From NCBI GenBank assembly GCA_050633305.1, contig JBOEGF010000024.1, positions 192,001-256,000 of the forward strand: DNA of 64,000 nucleotides. The letters are read 5' to 3'. Every line of letters starts with the position of its first letter. Position 1 is the first letter of the stretch. Source of the DNA: Nannocystales bacterium (lineage in GTDB: Bacteria; Myxococcota_A; Polyangia; Nannocystales; Nannocystaceae). The translations under genes and the position numbers were made by a program. A model generated the notes under the pieces. The model was given only the letters and a program-made list of their open reading frames with translations, did not search any database and was not told where the DNA came from. Shown piece by piece: positions 18,113 through 27,360 of the stretch.

Positions 18113-21100
18113 TCAGGAGCCGTCGAAGAGGTCCCAGACCATGCGGACCGCGTGGTTGCCTTCGTCGGCGATCAGAAGGTCGCTCCCGTTGCGGACCTCG
18201 AGGCGCACGGGCTCATTCAAACGCGCGCTGACGGCCGGCCCGTGGTTGCCGTTGCTGCCCGCAGACCCATCGCCCATGACGATGCTGAGCACGTTCGTCG
18301 AGAGGTCGAGACGGCCCACCTGGTGGCTGTTGGTCTCGGCGAAGTACAGGTTGTCGTCCGCACCGACGACGAGCCCCCCCGCGGCAGAGAATCGAGCGTT
18401 CGGTCCCGTCAAGCCGGCCCAGTCAAAGTCGCCTCCAGTGCTTCCCGCGATGTGGGTGATGCTTGTGACCTCGTCTGCGCCGTTGAGGTCCAGGCGGACG
18501 ATGCCCGGTGTGGCCCCGCCGGGGTCGGACCCGCAGATTCGCCCGAACACGTACATCGCGTTGCCGTCGGGCGCGAAGGCGATGTTGCAGTCCGCGCAGT
18601 CGCTGAGGGCGATCGCATCCGCTGCGCAGTCCCCATCGTTGATGCCGTATACGCCGTCGATGGTGAGACCGTCGATTCGCCGGATCCGGTCGTGACCGGC
18701 GTCCACCACATACAGCGCCGTGGGGTTGGTCGGGTCAACGGCGAGGTCTCCGGCGGCGAGGAAGTGCGCCGACGTGGCGAGCCCGCCGTCTCCATCGCCG
18801 GGCAAGGCGTCCGGCTGTCCGCCGTACACGAACAGCTGTGGGGGGGTGGAGGCGAGGTTGACCCGGAGCACCCGCGAGGCTCCGTCGAAGGTGCCCGTGA
18901 AGAACACCCGGTTGTTGGCCTCGTCGAATTGGACGTCGCCGACGACGCTGATGTCAGCGTTGAGCGCTGGAATACCGTCTGTCTCGTCGGAGCCCCCGCC
19001 CGCGATATCCACGAGGTCGCCCTCCGGACTGAGCAATCGCAGCCGCCCGTCGCCGGAGTTGCGGTCTACGAGGAACACGCTTCCGTCGCTGCCCGCGCTG
19101 ACCCCTGTGACGCCCCCGACGCGCGCGCACGTGCCCGCACCTGGCACGCCGGCGTTGCCGTCGACGTGCGTATCATTGACGAGGGTCAGCGCGTCTCCCA
19201 CGGCGGGGACCGCCGCGCTGATCGTCATCTCGACCGGGCTGCCTGAGACCGACACACCGTGAAGGTCCTCGTACACGGCGTTGATCTGGTAGTCGCCTGC
19301 GAGCAGTCCCGGCCGCGCAAACGTCGCGGCAAGACCCGCATCGTCTGCGAGGTCGGTCGTCGGGTCGACACAGGCCCCGGCGTCAATGCCTTCGAAGCCC
19401 ACTCGCAGGCCCTCGAACGGGTCGCTGCTGCCATCGACCACTTCGGCGACGAAGAGCGTTGGCTCGAGGAGCTCCGAACTCGGGTTGACGGCGGTGGCGA
19501 TGGCGAGTGTGGCTTCGGTCGCCATGACCTCACCGAGCCCCCAGACCATCCGTGTCGCCGCATTGCCGCGGTCGGCGATCAGGAGGTCGCCCGCCGCGGA
19601 GAACACCAGGCGTGCCGGGTCATCGAGCTGGGCATCGATCGCTGCGCCGTAGTCGCCCAAGGCGCCATCGATCTCAGCGATGTTGACGACCGTGGTCGTT
19701 CGATAGGTTGTCGCGTCGATGCGCCGAACCCTCTCGGTCTGGTTTTCGATGACGTAGAGGTTTCCCGCTTCGTCGAAGGCGATCCCGCCCAGCCCATCGA
19801 ACCGCGCGTCGAACGAGAGCGCTGACTCGGCGGTGCTGCCTCCGTTCTGCCCCGCGATGTGGACCAGCTCGTCGGCGCCAGGGTTGTATCGGACGACACC
19901 GTTGGCGGTGCCTCCGACCTCCGAGCCGCAGATGCGTGCGTTGACGAACAGATTGCCCTGCTCGTCCCACGCCATCTCACAGCCGTCGCTTCCGCAGTCG
20001 TTCATCGCGATCCGGTCGTCGCAATCTCCCGGCTCCAGGTATGAGGTGATGACGCCGCCGCTTACACGACGGATCCGGTCGATGTTGCGGTCGGTGATGT
20101 ACAGGGCGCCGTCCGGGCCCAGGTCGATGTCGGAGGGCCCGACCAAGGTGGCTGCCGTTGCCGCGCCGTCGTCTCCGTAGGTGGGCCCGGGGGCCATGGC
20201 GTCGCCCCCTGCCACGGTGCACAGGGTGTCGCTGGCGACATCGAGCTCGAGGAGTCGCCACCCGTTGTAGTCCGCCAGCAGGTAGACAAGGTCGTTGGGC
20301 TCGTCGTACAGGACATCTTCGACTCGGCGTAGGTCCGCCGTGAGCGGGGGGATGCAGTCCTCGGACTCCACCGCGCCACCACCAGCCAGCACCGTCATGT
20401 GACCGGCCGCGTCGAGCGCGTAGATGTAGCCGTGGTTCGAGGTGTCCGCGGAGATGTACACCGTGTCATCGCTGGCGATGGCGACCCCGCTGACCTCGCC
20501 AATGGTCGCTGCCGTGCCTGGTCCGGGGACGCCAACGTTGTCGTCGAGGACCTTGTCCGCATTGACGAGCGAGAGCATGGTGCCTGCGGTGGGCTCAGTG
20601 GCGGTGGCGGTGGCGGTCGTGACTGGGCTGTCCTCGACCTCGGCCTCGAAGGTGTACCCACCCAAAGCTCGGCCAACGCGCGCGAGTGCGATGACTTGCC
20701 CGTCCGCGTCCGTCATGGCCGAGGCGGGTGAGATCGCGGCGCCTGGCGAGGCCGTCAAGGTGACTTCGACACCCGGGACCGGAACGCCCATCTCGGTGAC
20801 CTCGAACACGAGCGGCATCGCAAGCTGTTCGTTGATCCGAGCAGTCTGCGCGTCGCCGGAGAGCACGCCGACGTCGGGTCCTTCCATCGCCGTGTCGGAG
20901 GTGGTGGTCTCGTCAGTCCCGGAGGTGGTGGAGCTGCTTGAAGTTCCGTCGGTGGGGTCGGTCGTGCGACCGCTGGTCGTGGAGGTGCTCTCGTCGTTCC
21001 CCGTTGTGGTGATCGGTGGGCCTGTGGTGGTCGACGATGAATCGGCTGCGGTCGCCGTCTCGTCGGACCCGGTGCTGCCCGTTGCGGAGGCGGTCGTCGT

Positions 21101-21247
21101 CGTCGACATGACGTCATCGTCATCGACGGGGGCGATCCCTGTCGTCGTGCCGCTGGTGGGCAACGGGGGGGCGTTTCCTGCCGGCGGCTCGTCGCATCCG
21201 GCGAGGAGTGTCAGCGATAAAAGAACCAGAGACTTGCGAGAGTTCAT
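18113..21247 (-). CDS. Large lipoprotein with duplicated Ig-like + NHL beta-propeller modules
   Basis: LAGC lipobox, Thr-rich linker, Ig-like SGDAQTA...TDADGQ, NHL repeats (GDDGAATAATL, LYITDRNIDRIRRV). Confidence 0.85.
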   Translation of the reverse strand: MNSRKSLVLLSLTLLAGCDEPPAGNAPPLPTSGTTTGIAPVDDDDVMSTTTTASATGSTGSDETATAADSSSTTTGPPITTTGNDESTSTTSGRTTDPTDGTSSSSTTSGTDETTTSDTAMEGPDVGVLSGDAQTARINEQLAMPLVFEVTEMGVPVPGVEVTLTASPGAAISPASAMTDADGQVIALARVGRALGGYTFEAEVEDSPVTTATATATEPTAGTMLSLVNADKVLDDNVGVPGPGTAATIGEVSGVAIASDDTVYISADTSNHGYIYALDAAGHMTVLAGGGAVESEDCIPPLTADLRRVEDVLYDEPNDLVYLLADYNGWRLLELDVASDTLCTVAGGDAMAPGPTYGDDGAATAATLVGPSDIDLGPDGALYITDRNIDRIRRVSGGVITSYLEPGDCDDRIAMNDCGSDGCEMAWDEQGNLFVNARICGSEVGGTANGVVRYNPGADELVHIAGQNGGSTAESALSFDARFDGLGGIAFDEAGNLYVIENQTERVRRIDATTYRTTTVVNIAEIDGALGDYGAAIDAQLDDPARLVFSAAGDLLIADRGNAATRMVWGLGEVMATEATLAIATAVNPSSELLEPTLFVAEVVDGSSDPFEGLRVGFEGIDAGACVDPTTDLADDAGLAATFARPGLLAGDYQINAVYEDLHGVSVSGSPVEMTISAAVPAVGDALTLVNDTHVDGNAGVPGAGTCARVGGVTGVSAGSDGSVFLVDRNSGDGRLRLLSPEGDLVDIAGGGSDETDGIPALNADISVVGDVQFDEANNRVFFTGTFDGASRVLRVNLASTPPQLFVYGGQPDALPGDGDGGLATSAHFLAAGDLAVDPTNPTALYVVDAGHDRIRRIDGLTIDGVYGINDGDCAADAIALSDCADCNIAFAPDGNAMYVFGRICGSDPGGATPGIVRLDLNGADEVTSITHIAGSTGGDFDWAGLTGPNARFSAAGGLVVGADDNLYFAETNSHQVGRLDLSTNVLSIVMGDGSAGSNGNHGPAVSARLNEPVRLEVRNGSDLLIADEGNHAVRMVWDLFDGS

Positions 21248-21630
21248 GTCTAAGTCCACGCGGTCATCCGTCCGCAGGACCACGGTAACACGCTGTTTTG
21301 GTCCGAAGTCGGAATCCCCCAACGGGGGGCGGGGTGTTCCCGCTTCGGGACGCGCGCCTGCGCTCGTGGCCGGAGCCTCCCGCCGGACTCGCCCGTCCCA
21401 ACCGGGCGGGCCCCGAAAACGGCTCGCGTTCAGAGAACCGAACGAGTCTCATGGGGTTCGAGTCGCGGCTTGCCACGAGCGAAGTCGCAACGGTGTGTGA
21501 CGTCTACGTGCCGCCGGCCGAGAGGCATGCGAAGGGCCCATGCCCGAGCGCGATGCTCGGTCTCTCGCGGTCGGGTTTCCCCCGGTCGGGTGCGCGAGAC
21601 GGATCGGGCGGGTCGTGTCAGACTGTGTCC

Positions 21631-22299
21631 GTGCAGGCTCACGTCGCAGACGATGCCGAGTCGAGTTTTCGCGACCGCAACCTGCACGACGGCTACACGT
21701 TTCGTGGACACGTCGTGCGCACGTTGAGCGTGGCGGTGACGGCGATGACCGCTGGCGTCTGGCTGGCCTGGGGCGCCGCGTGGGTGTACTGGACCGCGCT
21801 TCCCGCGTTCTGGGTCATCGCGAATCTGTTCGAGTGGGCCACCCACCGCTTTCCGATGCACCGTCCGTTGTTTCCGCGGATGATGTACCGCAACCACACG
21901 TTGGTCCATCACCGGGCGTTCGCCGGAGACGACGCCCAAGAGATTCGAAGCACCACCGACCTCTGTCTGGTGATGATGCCCTGGTACACGATCCTTCTCC
22001 TGTTCGTGATGGCATCGCCGGTCGCACTGGTCGCGGCTGTGGTTGGGGGCAGGGCGCTCGCTGGCGTGTTCTTGGTGGCCGCGATCAGCTACTTTCTGCT
22101 GTACGAAACGATTCACACGCTGCACCACTTGCGGAGCGAGCAGCTGGAAACGATCGGGGTTGCGCGGTGGCGGTGGCTGACGTCACTGCGCCGTCATCAT
22201 CACTTCCACCACCGGTTGGAGGAGATGGCCCATACGAACTTCAACGTGACGGCCCCCTTGGCCGACCGCCTGTTCGGGACGTATTTCAAGCGCCGCTGA
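21631..22299 (+). CDS. Sterol desaturase / fatty-acid hydroxylase family membrane protein
   Basis: His boxes HRFPMH, HTLVHH, HTLHH and HHHFHH; C-terminal NFNVT...DRLFGT. Confidence 0.85.
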   Translation: MQAHVADDAESSFRDRNLHDGYTFRGHVVRTLSVAVTAMTAGVWLAWGAAWVYWTALPAFWVIANLFEWATHRFPMHRPLFPRMMYRNHTLVHHRAFAGDDAQEIRSTTDLCLVMMPWYTILLLFVMASPVALVAAVVGGRALAGVFLVAAISYFLLYETIHTLHHLRSEQLETIGVARWRWLTSLRRHHHFHHRLEEMAHTNFNVTAPLADRLFGTYFKRR

Positions 22300-22456
22300 A
22301 CCCCGGCGAAGCGCACTCGCGCTGGCTCGGGTTCAGCGTCCGCATCGCGGTCGTGACGCGCAGCGGTTGGACTCGGTGACCGTGGCCTCGAAAGCCCGAT
22401 TGTTGGCCGGCATGGCCACTGCCGACCGGCGCCGGCGTGGCCTAGCCTGAAAATCC

Positions 22457-23416
22457 ATGAACCACACCAAACTCGCAGCACTGTGCGCCCTCGCCTCCCT
22501 GGGACCTTTCGTCGGATGCACTGGGTCTGAGCCCAACCCCGAGGCGACGGACGCGGACACCGACACCGCAGGCCCGGGCAGTGCGGGGTCTACGGGCGCC
22601 TCTTCGGGGGCCACCGGAAGTGGGGAGCCCACGGGAGCAGGCCCGGACACGGCGAGCAGCGGGGACGAAAGCGGGTCTACGGGAGCGGAGGCACCGCAGG
22701 GATGGGTGCTGGACTTCACGCTGTTCGTCGAGGGCGGTGTGCAGGTGTCGGGCATCGGTGCCAGCGCGTCGGTGGGACGCGTGGCCCTCGTCACGGACTT
22801 CGAGCGGGTGATTCTGGTCGACCCTGCGACCGGCGAAGCGGCTGGGGAGTTCTCGGTTCAGCTTGGGGAACTCCCGCGGCAGGGCTCCACCGAGGCACTG
22901 TCGTGGACCGACGAGGGCCTCGTCGCGGTCCTCTACCCGGACGACGCCATCATTCGACAGTACGACGTGGAAGGGACCCAACACTCGGAGATTGAAGTCG
23001 CGACCAGGCTGCGGCCTCTGCACGGCGCGATGACGGTGGATCCCGCGAGCGGCACCGCCTACCTGATCGGCGGAACCGCTCCGCCGCACTTGCTCGCGGT
23101 TGACCTCGACAGTGGAACCGTGACCGAGACGATGGAGATCTCAGGACCCATTGAAGATGCGGTGGAAGGTTTGAGCCTGAGCATCAATGGCGACACATCC
23201 CCGCTGTGGGCTCTCACGGCGGCCGGCGAAGCGTTCCGCATCGACGTCACGACAGGGGAAGCGGAGTCTCCCGGGGGGACGTTTGCCGAGGTCGACGACC
23301 CATCCGGCATTGAGGCGTTCGTGAGCCCGGATGGCGACTCGGTACTCGCGGTGTCGGACGACGACAACCAGTACAACGACGAGCCGGGGCCGCTGCGGCT
23401 CTACCTGCTCGACTGA
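22457..23416 (+). CDS. Lipoprotein with predicted beta-propeller
   Basis: FVGC lipobox, S/T/G linker, repeated EAL/EGL blade-like motifs. Confidence 0.7.
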   Translation: MNHTKLAALCALASLGPFVGCTGSEPNPEATDADTDTAGPGSAGSTGASSGATGSGEPTGAGPDTASSGDESGSTGAEAPQGWVLDFTLFVEGGVQVSGIGASASVGRVALVTDFERVILVDPATGEAAGEFSVQLGELPRQGSTEALSWTDEGLVAVLYPDDAIIRQYDVEGTQHSEIEVATRLRPLHGAMTVDPASGTAYLIGGTAPPHLLAVDLDSGTVTETMEISGPIEDAVEGLSLSINGDTSPLWALTAAGEAFRIDVTTGEAESPGGTFAEVDDPSGIEAFVSPDGDSVLAVSDDDNQYNDEPGPLRLYLLD

Positions 23417-24414
23417 GACTTGCGAAAGCCTGACACCGTCGTGCCGGACCAACGCTTGAAGGCTCGGGCGAAGGCCCGCGCGTCTGAGAAACCGAGCAGC
23501 AAGGCAATCTCCGCGACCGAGAGAGAGGGCTGCCCTACGTAGCTCTTGGCGGTCTCGAAACGGACGTCATCCAGGACCGCCTGGTACCCGACTCCGTCGT
23601 CCGAAAGACGCCGACGTAGGGTCCGCTCGCTCATGCCGAGGCTTTGGGCGACGGCGGTGGCTGACACGTCGCCGCGACTCATGGCCAACATGATTGCGCG
23701 GCGGGTCGTGTCGACCAGGCGGTCTGACTCGAGCTTCTCGTGTTGGTGGCGGGCGTAGAAACCCACGATCTCTGCGAGCCTCGGCTCGGCGCCGACGACC
23801 GGTGATGCGCAGGTTTCGAGTGTGAACTGGATCTCGTTGTTCGGCTGCTCGAAGCTGGGAGCGACCCCCAACACCTCCACGTAGCGGGCGTCGGGAAGGG
23901 CACGTGCATGTTGGAAGGTGACCTTCGTGGCATGGACAGGCCGGGATGCGGCCTGTCGACCGAGCGCGAGGAAACCAGCGAAGGCGAACTCGACGATGTG
24001 TCGATGCACCGCGGCGACCGGCGGAAGCAGCGTGAACCGAAATGAGCGATGGGAGGGCGAGTTCTCGACGGTCCAGACCGAAGCGTTTTGCTGCAACAGG
24101 TTCTGAAAACGGACCACCTGGTCGTAGGCCTCGCCCAGCGTCGGCATGTTGCGGAACAGGTACTCCAGCGCGCCGAGGGTTCCCGGTGCGAGCGCGGCGG
24201 CCAAGGACAGGCCAAATCCATCGTCCCCACTGAGTTCGAGCGCCCGCACCCAGACCGAGTCCATCTTGGACTTGGCCGTCGTCGCATCAGGCTGCATGAC
24301 GTGCGCCGGGTCGAGCCCGAGTCGCTGCAGCATCTTGGGGAAGGGCGTGCCCGTGCGCTGAGCAAGCGCGGCTGCGATGAGGCGCGCCGTCTGGACCGAA
24401 ACGGTTTGCTGCAC
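23401..24414 (-). CDS. AraC family transcriptional regulator
   Basis: N-terminal ligand-binding domain (SGDDGFGL...LGALEY); C-terminal HTH SERTLRRRL...LGFSDARAFARAFKRWSG. Confidence 0.9.
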   Translation of the reverse strand: MQQTVSVQTARLIAAALAQRTGTPFPKMLQRLGLDPAHVMQPDATTAKSKMDSVWVRALELSGDDGFGLSLAAALAPGTLGALEYLFRNMPTLGEAYDQVVRFQNLLQQNASVWTVENSPSHRSFRFTLLPPVAAVHRHIVEFAFAGFLALGRQAASRPVHATKVTFQHARALPDARYVEVLGVAPSFEQPNNEIQFTLETCASPVVGAEPRLAEIVGFYARHQHEKLESDRLVDTTRRAIMLAMSRGDVSATAVAQSLGMSERTLRRRLSDDGVGYQAVLDDVRFETAKSYVGQPSLSVAEIALLLGFSDARAFARAFKRWSGTTVSGFRKSQSSR

Positions 24415-24724
24415 GGCCGTAAGAATAGTCGAGTGTGCGCGCGTCGGTCGGGCCGCCGCAGGTGCGGTCGACTCGCCATCCTGGGTTGCGCCTGGCCGCG
24501 CTCTGGCGCCTGAGGGCGCGTGTGTCACCAGGGCGCGTCGAGGGCGGCGAGGACACGCCGGCGCATCGTCGTGCTCGGGCCATGTCCCGGAGGAGGCGTC
24601 GTCTGCCTGGGCGAGGCTCGCGGCGAGCACGCTGGTGGCCCGATGCTGACCGTTTGAGTTCTTCCGGGACCCCAGTGCATCGCCGGGGTTGCCATGGCGG
24701 CGTGCGGACGGTTTGCTGCACCCG

Positions 24725-27295
24725 GTGAGCGCTGAACGTACCGAATCCCCGTCGCTGGGCGCGAAGATCCCCGCGTCGCCGCTGGAAGACGCGGATGAGA
24801 TTCTCGAGCGCTTCATGGAGTGGCTCACCGAGATCGGGGTCGAGCCCTACGAAGCGCAGGAAGAGGCGTTCCTCGAGGTGATGGGCGGGCGCCACGTCAT
24901 CCTCAACACCCCAACGGGTTCGGGCAAGTCGCTCGTTGCGCTCTCGATGCACTTCAAGGCCCTGTGCGAGGGCAAACGGGCGTTCTACACCAGCCCGATC
25001 AAGGCGCTCGTCAGCGAGAAGTTCTTCGATCTGTGTCGCTCGTTGGGCGCCGACCGGGTCGGGATGATGACCGGTGATGCCAGCATCAACCCGACGGCGC
25101 AGATCATCTGTTGCACCGCCGAGGTGCTTTCGAACCTCGCGCTGCGAGAGGGCGAATGGGCGGATGTCCACTACGTGGTGATGGACGAGTTCCACTACTT
25201 CTCGGACTCGGACCGGGGGATCGCGTGGCAGATCCCGCTGATCACCCTGCCGCATGCGCAGTTTCTTCTCATGTCCGCCACGCTCGGCGACGTTTCGGTG
25301 TTCGAGGACCGGATCCCTGCCTACACCGACCGGGAACTGGCGGTGGTCCGCAGCGCGACGCGCCCGGTCCCGCTGGACTTCGCCTATCGGGAGACCACGC
25401 TGCACGACACGGTCACCGAGCTCGATGAGCAGGGCCGCACGCCGGTCTACGTCGTGAACTTCTCGCAGCGTGAGGCGGCCGAGCAGGCGGGGAACATGAT
25501 GAGCGTGAACCTGTGCTCGAAGGAGGAAAAACGGGCGATCGTTGCGGCGATCGGCGACTTCCGATTCGACACGGTCTACGGCAAAGACGTGCAGCGCTTC
25601 CTCAAGCATGGAATCGGGGTGCACCACGCCGGCTTGTTGCCGAAGTACCGAACCCTCGTCGAGCGTCTGGCGCAACAGGGGCACCTCAAGCTCATCTCCG
25701 GCACGGACACGTTGGGCGTGGGCGTGAACGTACCGATTCGCACCGTGGTGTTCACCAAGCTGTGCAAGTACGACGGCGAGAAGGTTCGCATCCTCTCGGT
25801 CCGGGACTTCAAACAGATCGGTGGTCGCGCGGGTCGCAAGGGCTTCGACGATGCCGGCAGCGTGGTGGTGCAGGCCCCCGAGCACGTCGTCGAGAACAAG
25901 AAGGCCGAGATCAAGGCCGCGATGGCCAAGAAGAAGAAGTTCACGCGCAAGAAGCCGCCCGAGCGCGGTTACGTGCCGTGGGACGAGAAGACGATGGAGA
26001 AGCTGCGGGAGAGCGAGCCCGAGGCCCTCAGCTCGCAGATGCAGATGAGCCACGGCCTGCTGCTCTCGGTGATGAAGCGCGAGATCGATGCCAGCGCGCT
26101 GCATGGCGGCTATGGCCGGATCGTGGAGATCCTCGGGCGTTCGTACGAGCGAGAGGGCCGTCGCAAACGTCACCGACGCGCCGCCGCCCAGCTGTTCAAG
26201 GATCTGCGTGCCGCGGGGGTGGTCGAGGTGCTCGACGGAGCGGTGCAGGGTCGTCGTGCGGTCCGCGTGGCGGAGGGCTTGCAACGCGAGTTCTCGCTGC
26301 ACCACACGCTGTCTTTGTTCCTCCTGCAGGCGCTCGAGGCCCTCGACCCCGACGAGGACTCGTACCCGCTCGACGTCGTCTCGCTGGTGGAGTCGATTCT
26401 CGAGAACCCCTACGCCGTGCTCAAGCGCCAGGTCGAGACGGCCAAGACCGAGCTGGTCGGCCGTCTCAAGGCGGACGGGGTCGAGTACGAGGAGCGCATG
26501 GAGGCGCTGGACAAAGTCGACTACCCCAAGCCGTGCAAGGAGTTCATCTACGGCGTCTACGACAGCTTCCGTACTGACCACCCGTGGATGCGCGGCGAGA
26601 ACGTACGACCCAAGTCCGTGGCCCGCGACATGGTCGAGCGGTTCGCCAGTTTCAACGACTACACCAAGCAATATGGCTTGGGACGAAGCGAAGGCGTGCT
26701 GCTCCGCTATCTCTCGCAGGCGTACAAGGCGTTGGTCCAGACTGTCCCCGACGTCTACCGAGATGACCGTCTCGAAGATGTCATCGCGTACCTGAGGGCT
26801 ACGTTGGCCCGCGCCGATTCCTCGCTCGTTCGGGAGTGGGAAGCCATGGCCGCGGGCCGGCCCGTCGAGTACGAGGACGTGCCCGAGGTCGACCTTCCGC
26901 CGCCGGACCCCGCTGCGGATCCTCGGTCGTTCAACGCGAGGATCCGGGCCGAGATGCAGGCCATGGTCAAAGCCCTGGCCTCGAAGGACTTCGAGGAGGC
27001 GGCCATCGCCTCACGCCCCACGGACCCCGCCTGGGACGATGACCGTTTCGAAGAGGCCTTGGCTCCGTGTCTCGAGGAGATTGGCGCGCTTGTGTTCGAC
27101 CACCGCGCCCGTATGGCGCACCTCACTCACATCGAGGAGGAGCAGCCCCGGCTGTGGCGCGTTCAGCAAACGCTTTGCAACGAAGAGGGAGACACGATGT
27201 GGATGCTCGAGGCCGAGGTCGACCTCCCCGTGCCCACCAGGGACGTGCCCACGCCAGACGGGCCGCTGATCGCACTGGTCCGCATCGGCTGCTGA
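24725..27295 (+). CDS. DEAD/DEAH-box helicase with DUF3516-type C-terminus
   Basis: TPTGSGKS, SPIKAL, DEFH, SAT, HHAGLLP and QIGGRAGR motifs; RSEGVLLRYLS. Confidence 0.92.
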   Translation: MSAERTESPSLGAKIPASPLEDADEILERFMEWLTEIGVEPYEAQEEAFLEVMGGRHVILNTPTGSGKSLVALSMHFKALCEGKRAFYTSPIKALVSEKFFDLCRSLGADRVGMMTGDASINPTAQIICCTAEVLSNLALREGEWADVHYVVMDEFHYFSDSDRGIAWQIPLITLPHAQFLLMSATLGDVSVFEDRIPAYTDRELAVVRSATRPVPLDFAYRETTLHDTVTELDEQGRTPVYVVNFSQREAAEQAGNMMSVNLCSKEEKRAIVAAIGDFRFDTVYGKDVQRFLKHGIGVHHAGLLPKYRTLVERLAQQGHLKLISGTDTLGVGVNVPIRTVVFTKLCKYDGEKVRILSVRDFKQIGGRAGRKGFDDAGSVVVQAPEHVVENKKAEIKAAMAKKKKFTRKKPPERGYVPWDEKTMEKLRESEPEALSSQMQMSHGLLLSVMKREIDASALHGGYGRIVEILGRSYEREGRRKRHRRAAAQLFKDLRAAGVVEVLDGAVQGRRAVRVAEGLQREFSLHHTLSLFLLQALEALDPDEDSYPLDVVSLVESILENPYAVLKRQVETAKTELVGRLKADGVEYEERMEALDKVDYPKPCKEFIYGVYDSFRTDHPWMRGENVRPKSVARDMVERFASFNDYTKQYGLGRSEGVLLRYLSQAYKALVQTVPDVYRDDRLEDVIAYLRATLARADSSLVREWEAMAAGRPVEYEDVPEVDLPPPDPAADPRSFNARIRAEMQAMVKALASKDFEEAAIASRPTDPAWDDDRFEEALAPCLEEIGALVFDHRARMAHLTHIEEEQPRLWRVQQTLCNEEGDTMWMLEAEVDLPVPTRDVPTPDGPLIALVRIGC

Positions 27296-27360
27296 GCTTG
27301 CGCGGTGTCGGAGTCGCGGTGGACCGCGCTTCGCATGACGGGCCCCTGCGACCCCGCACA

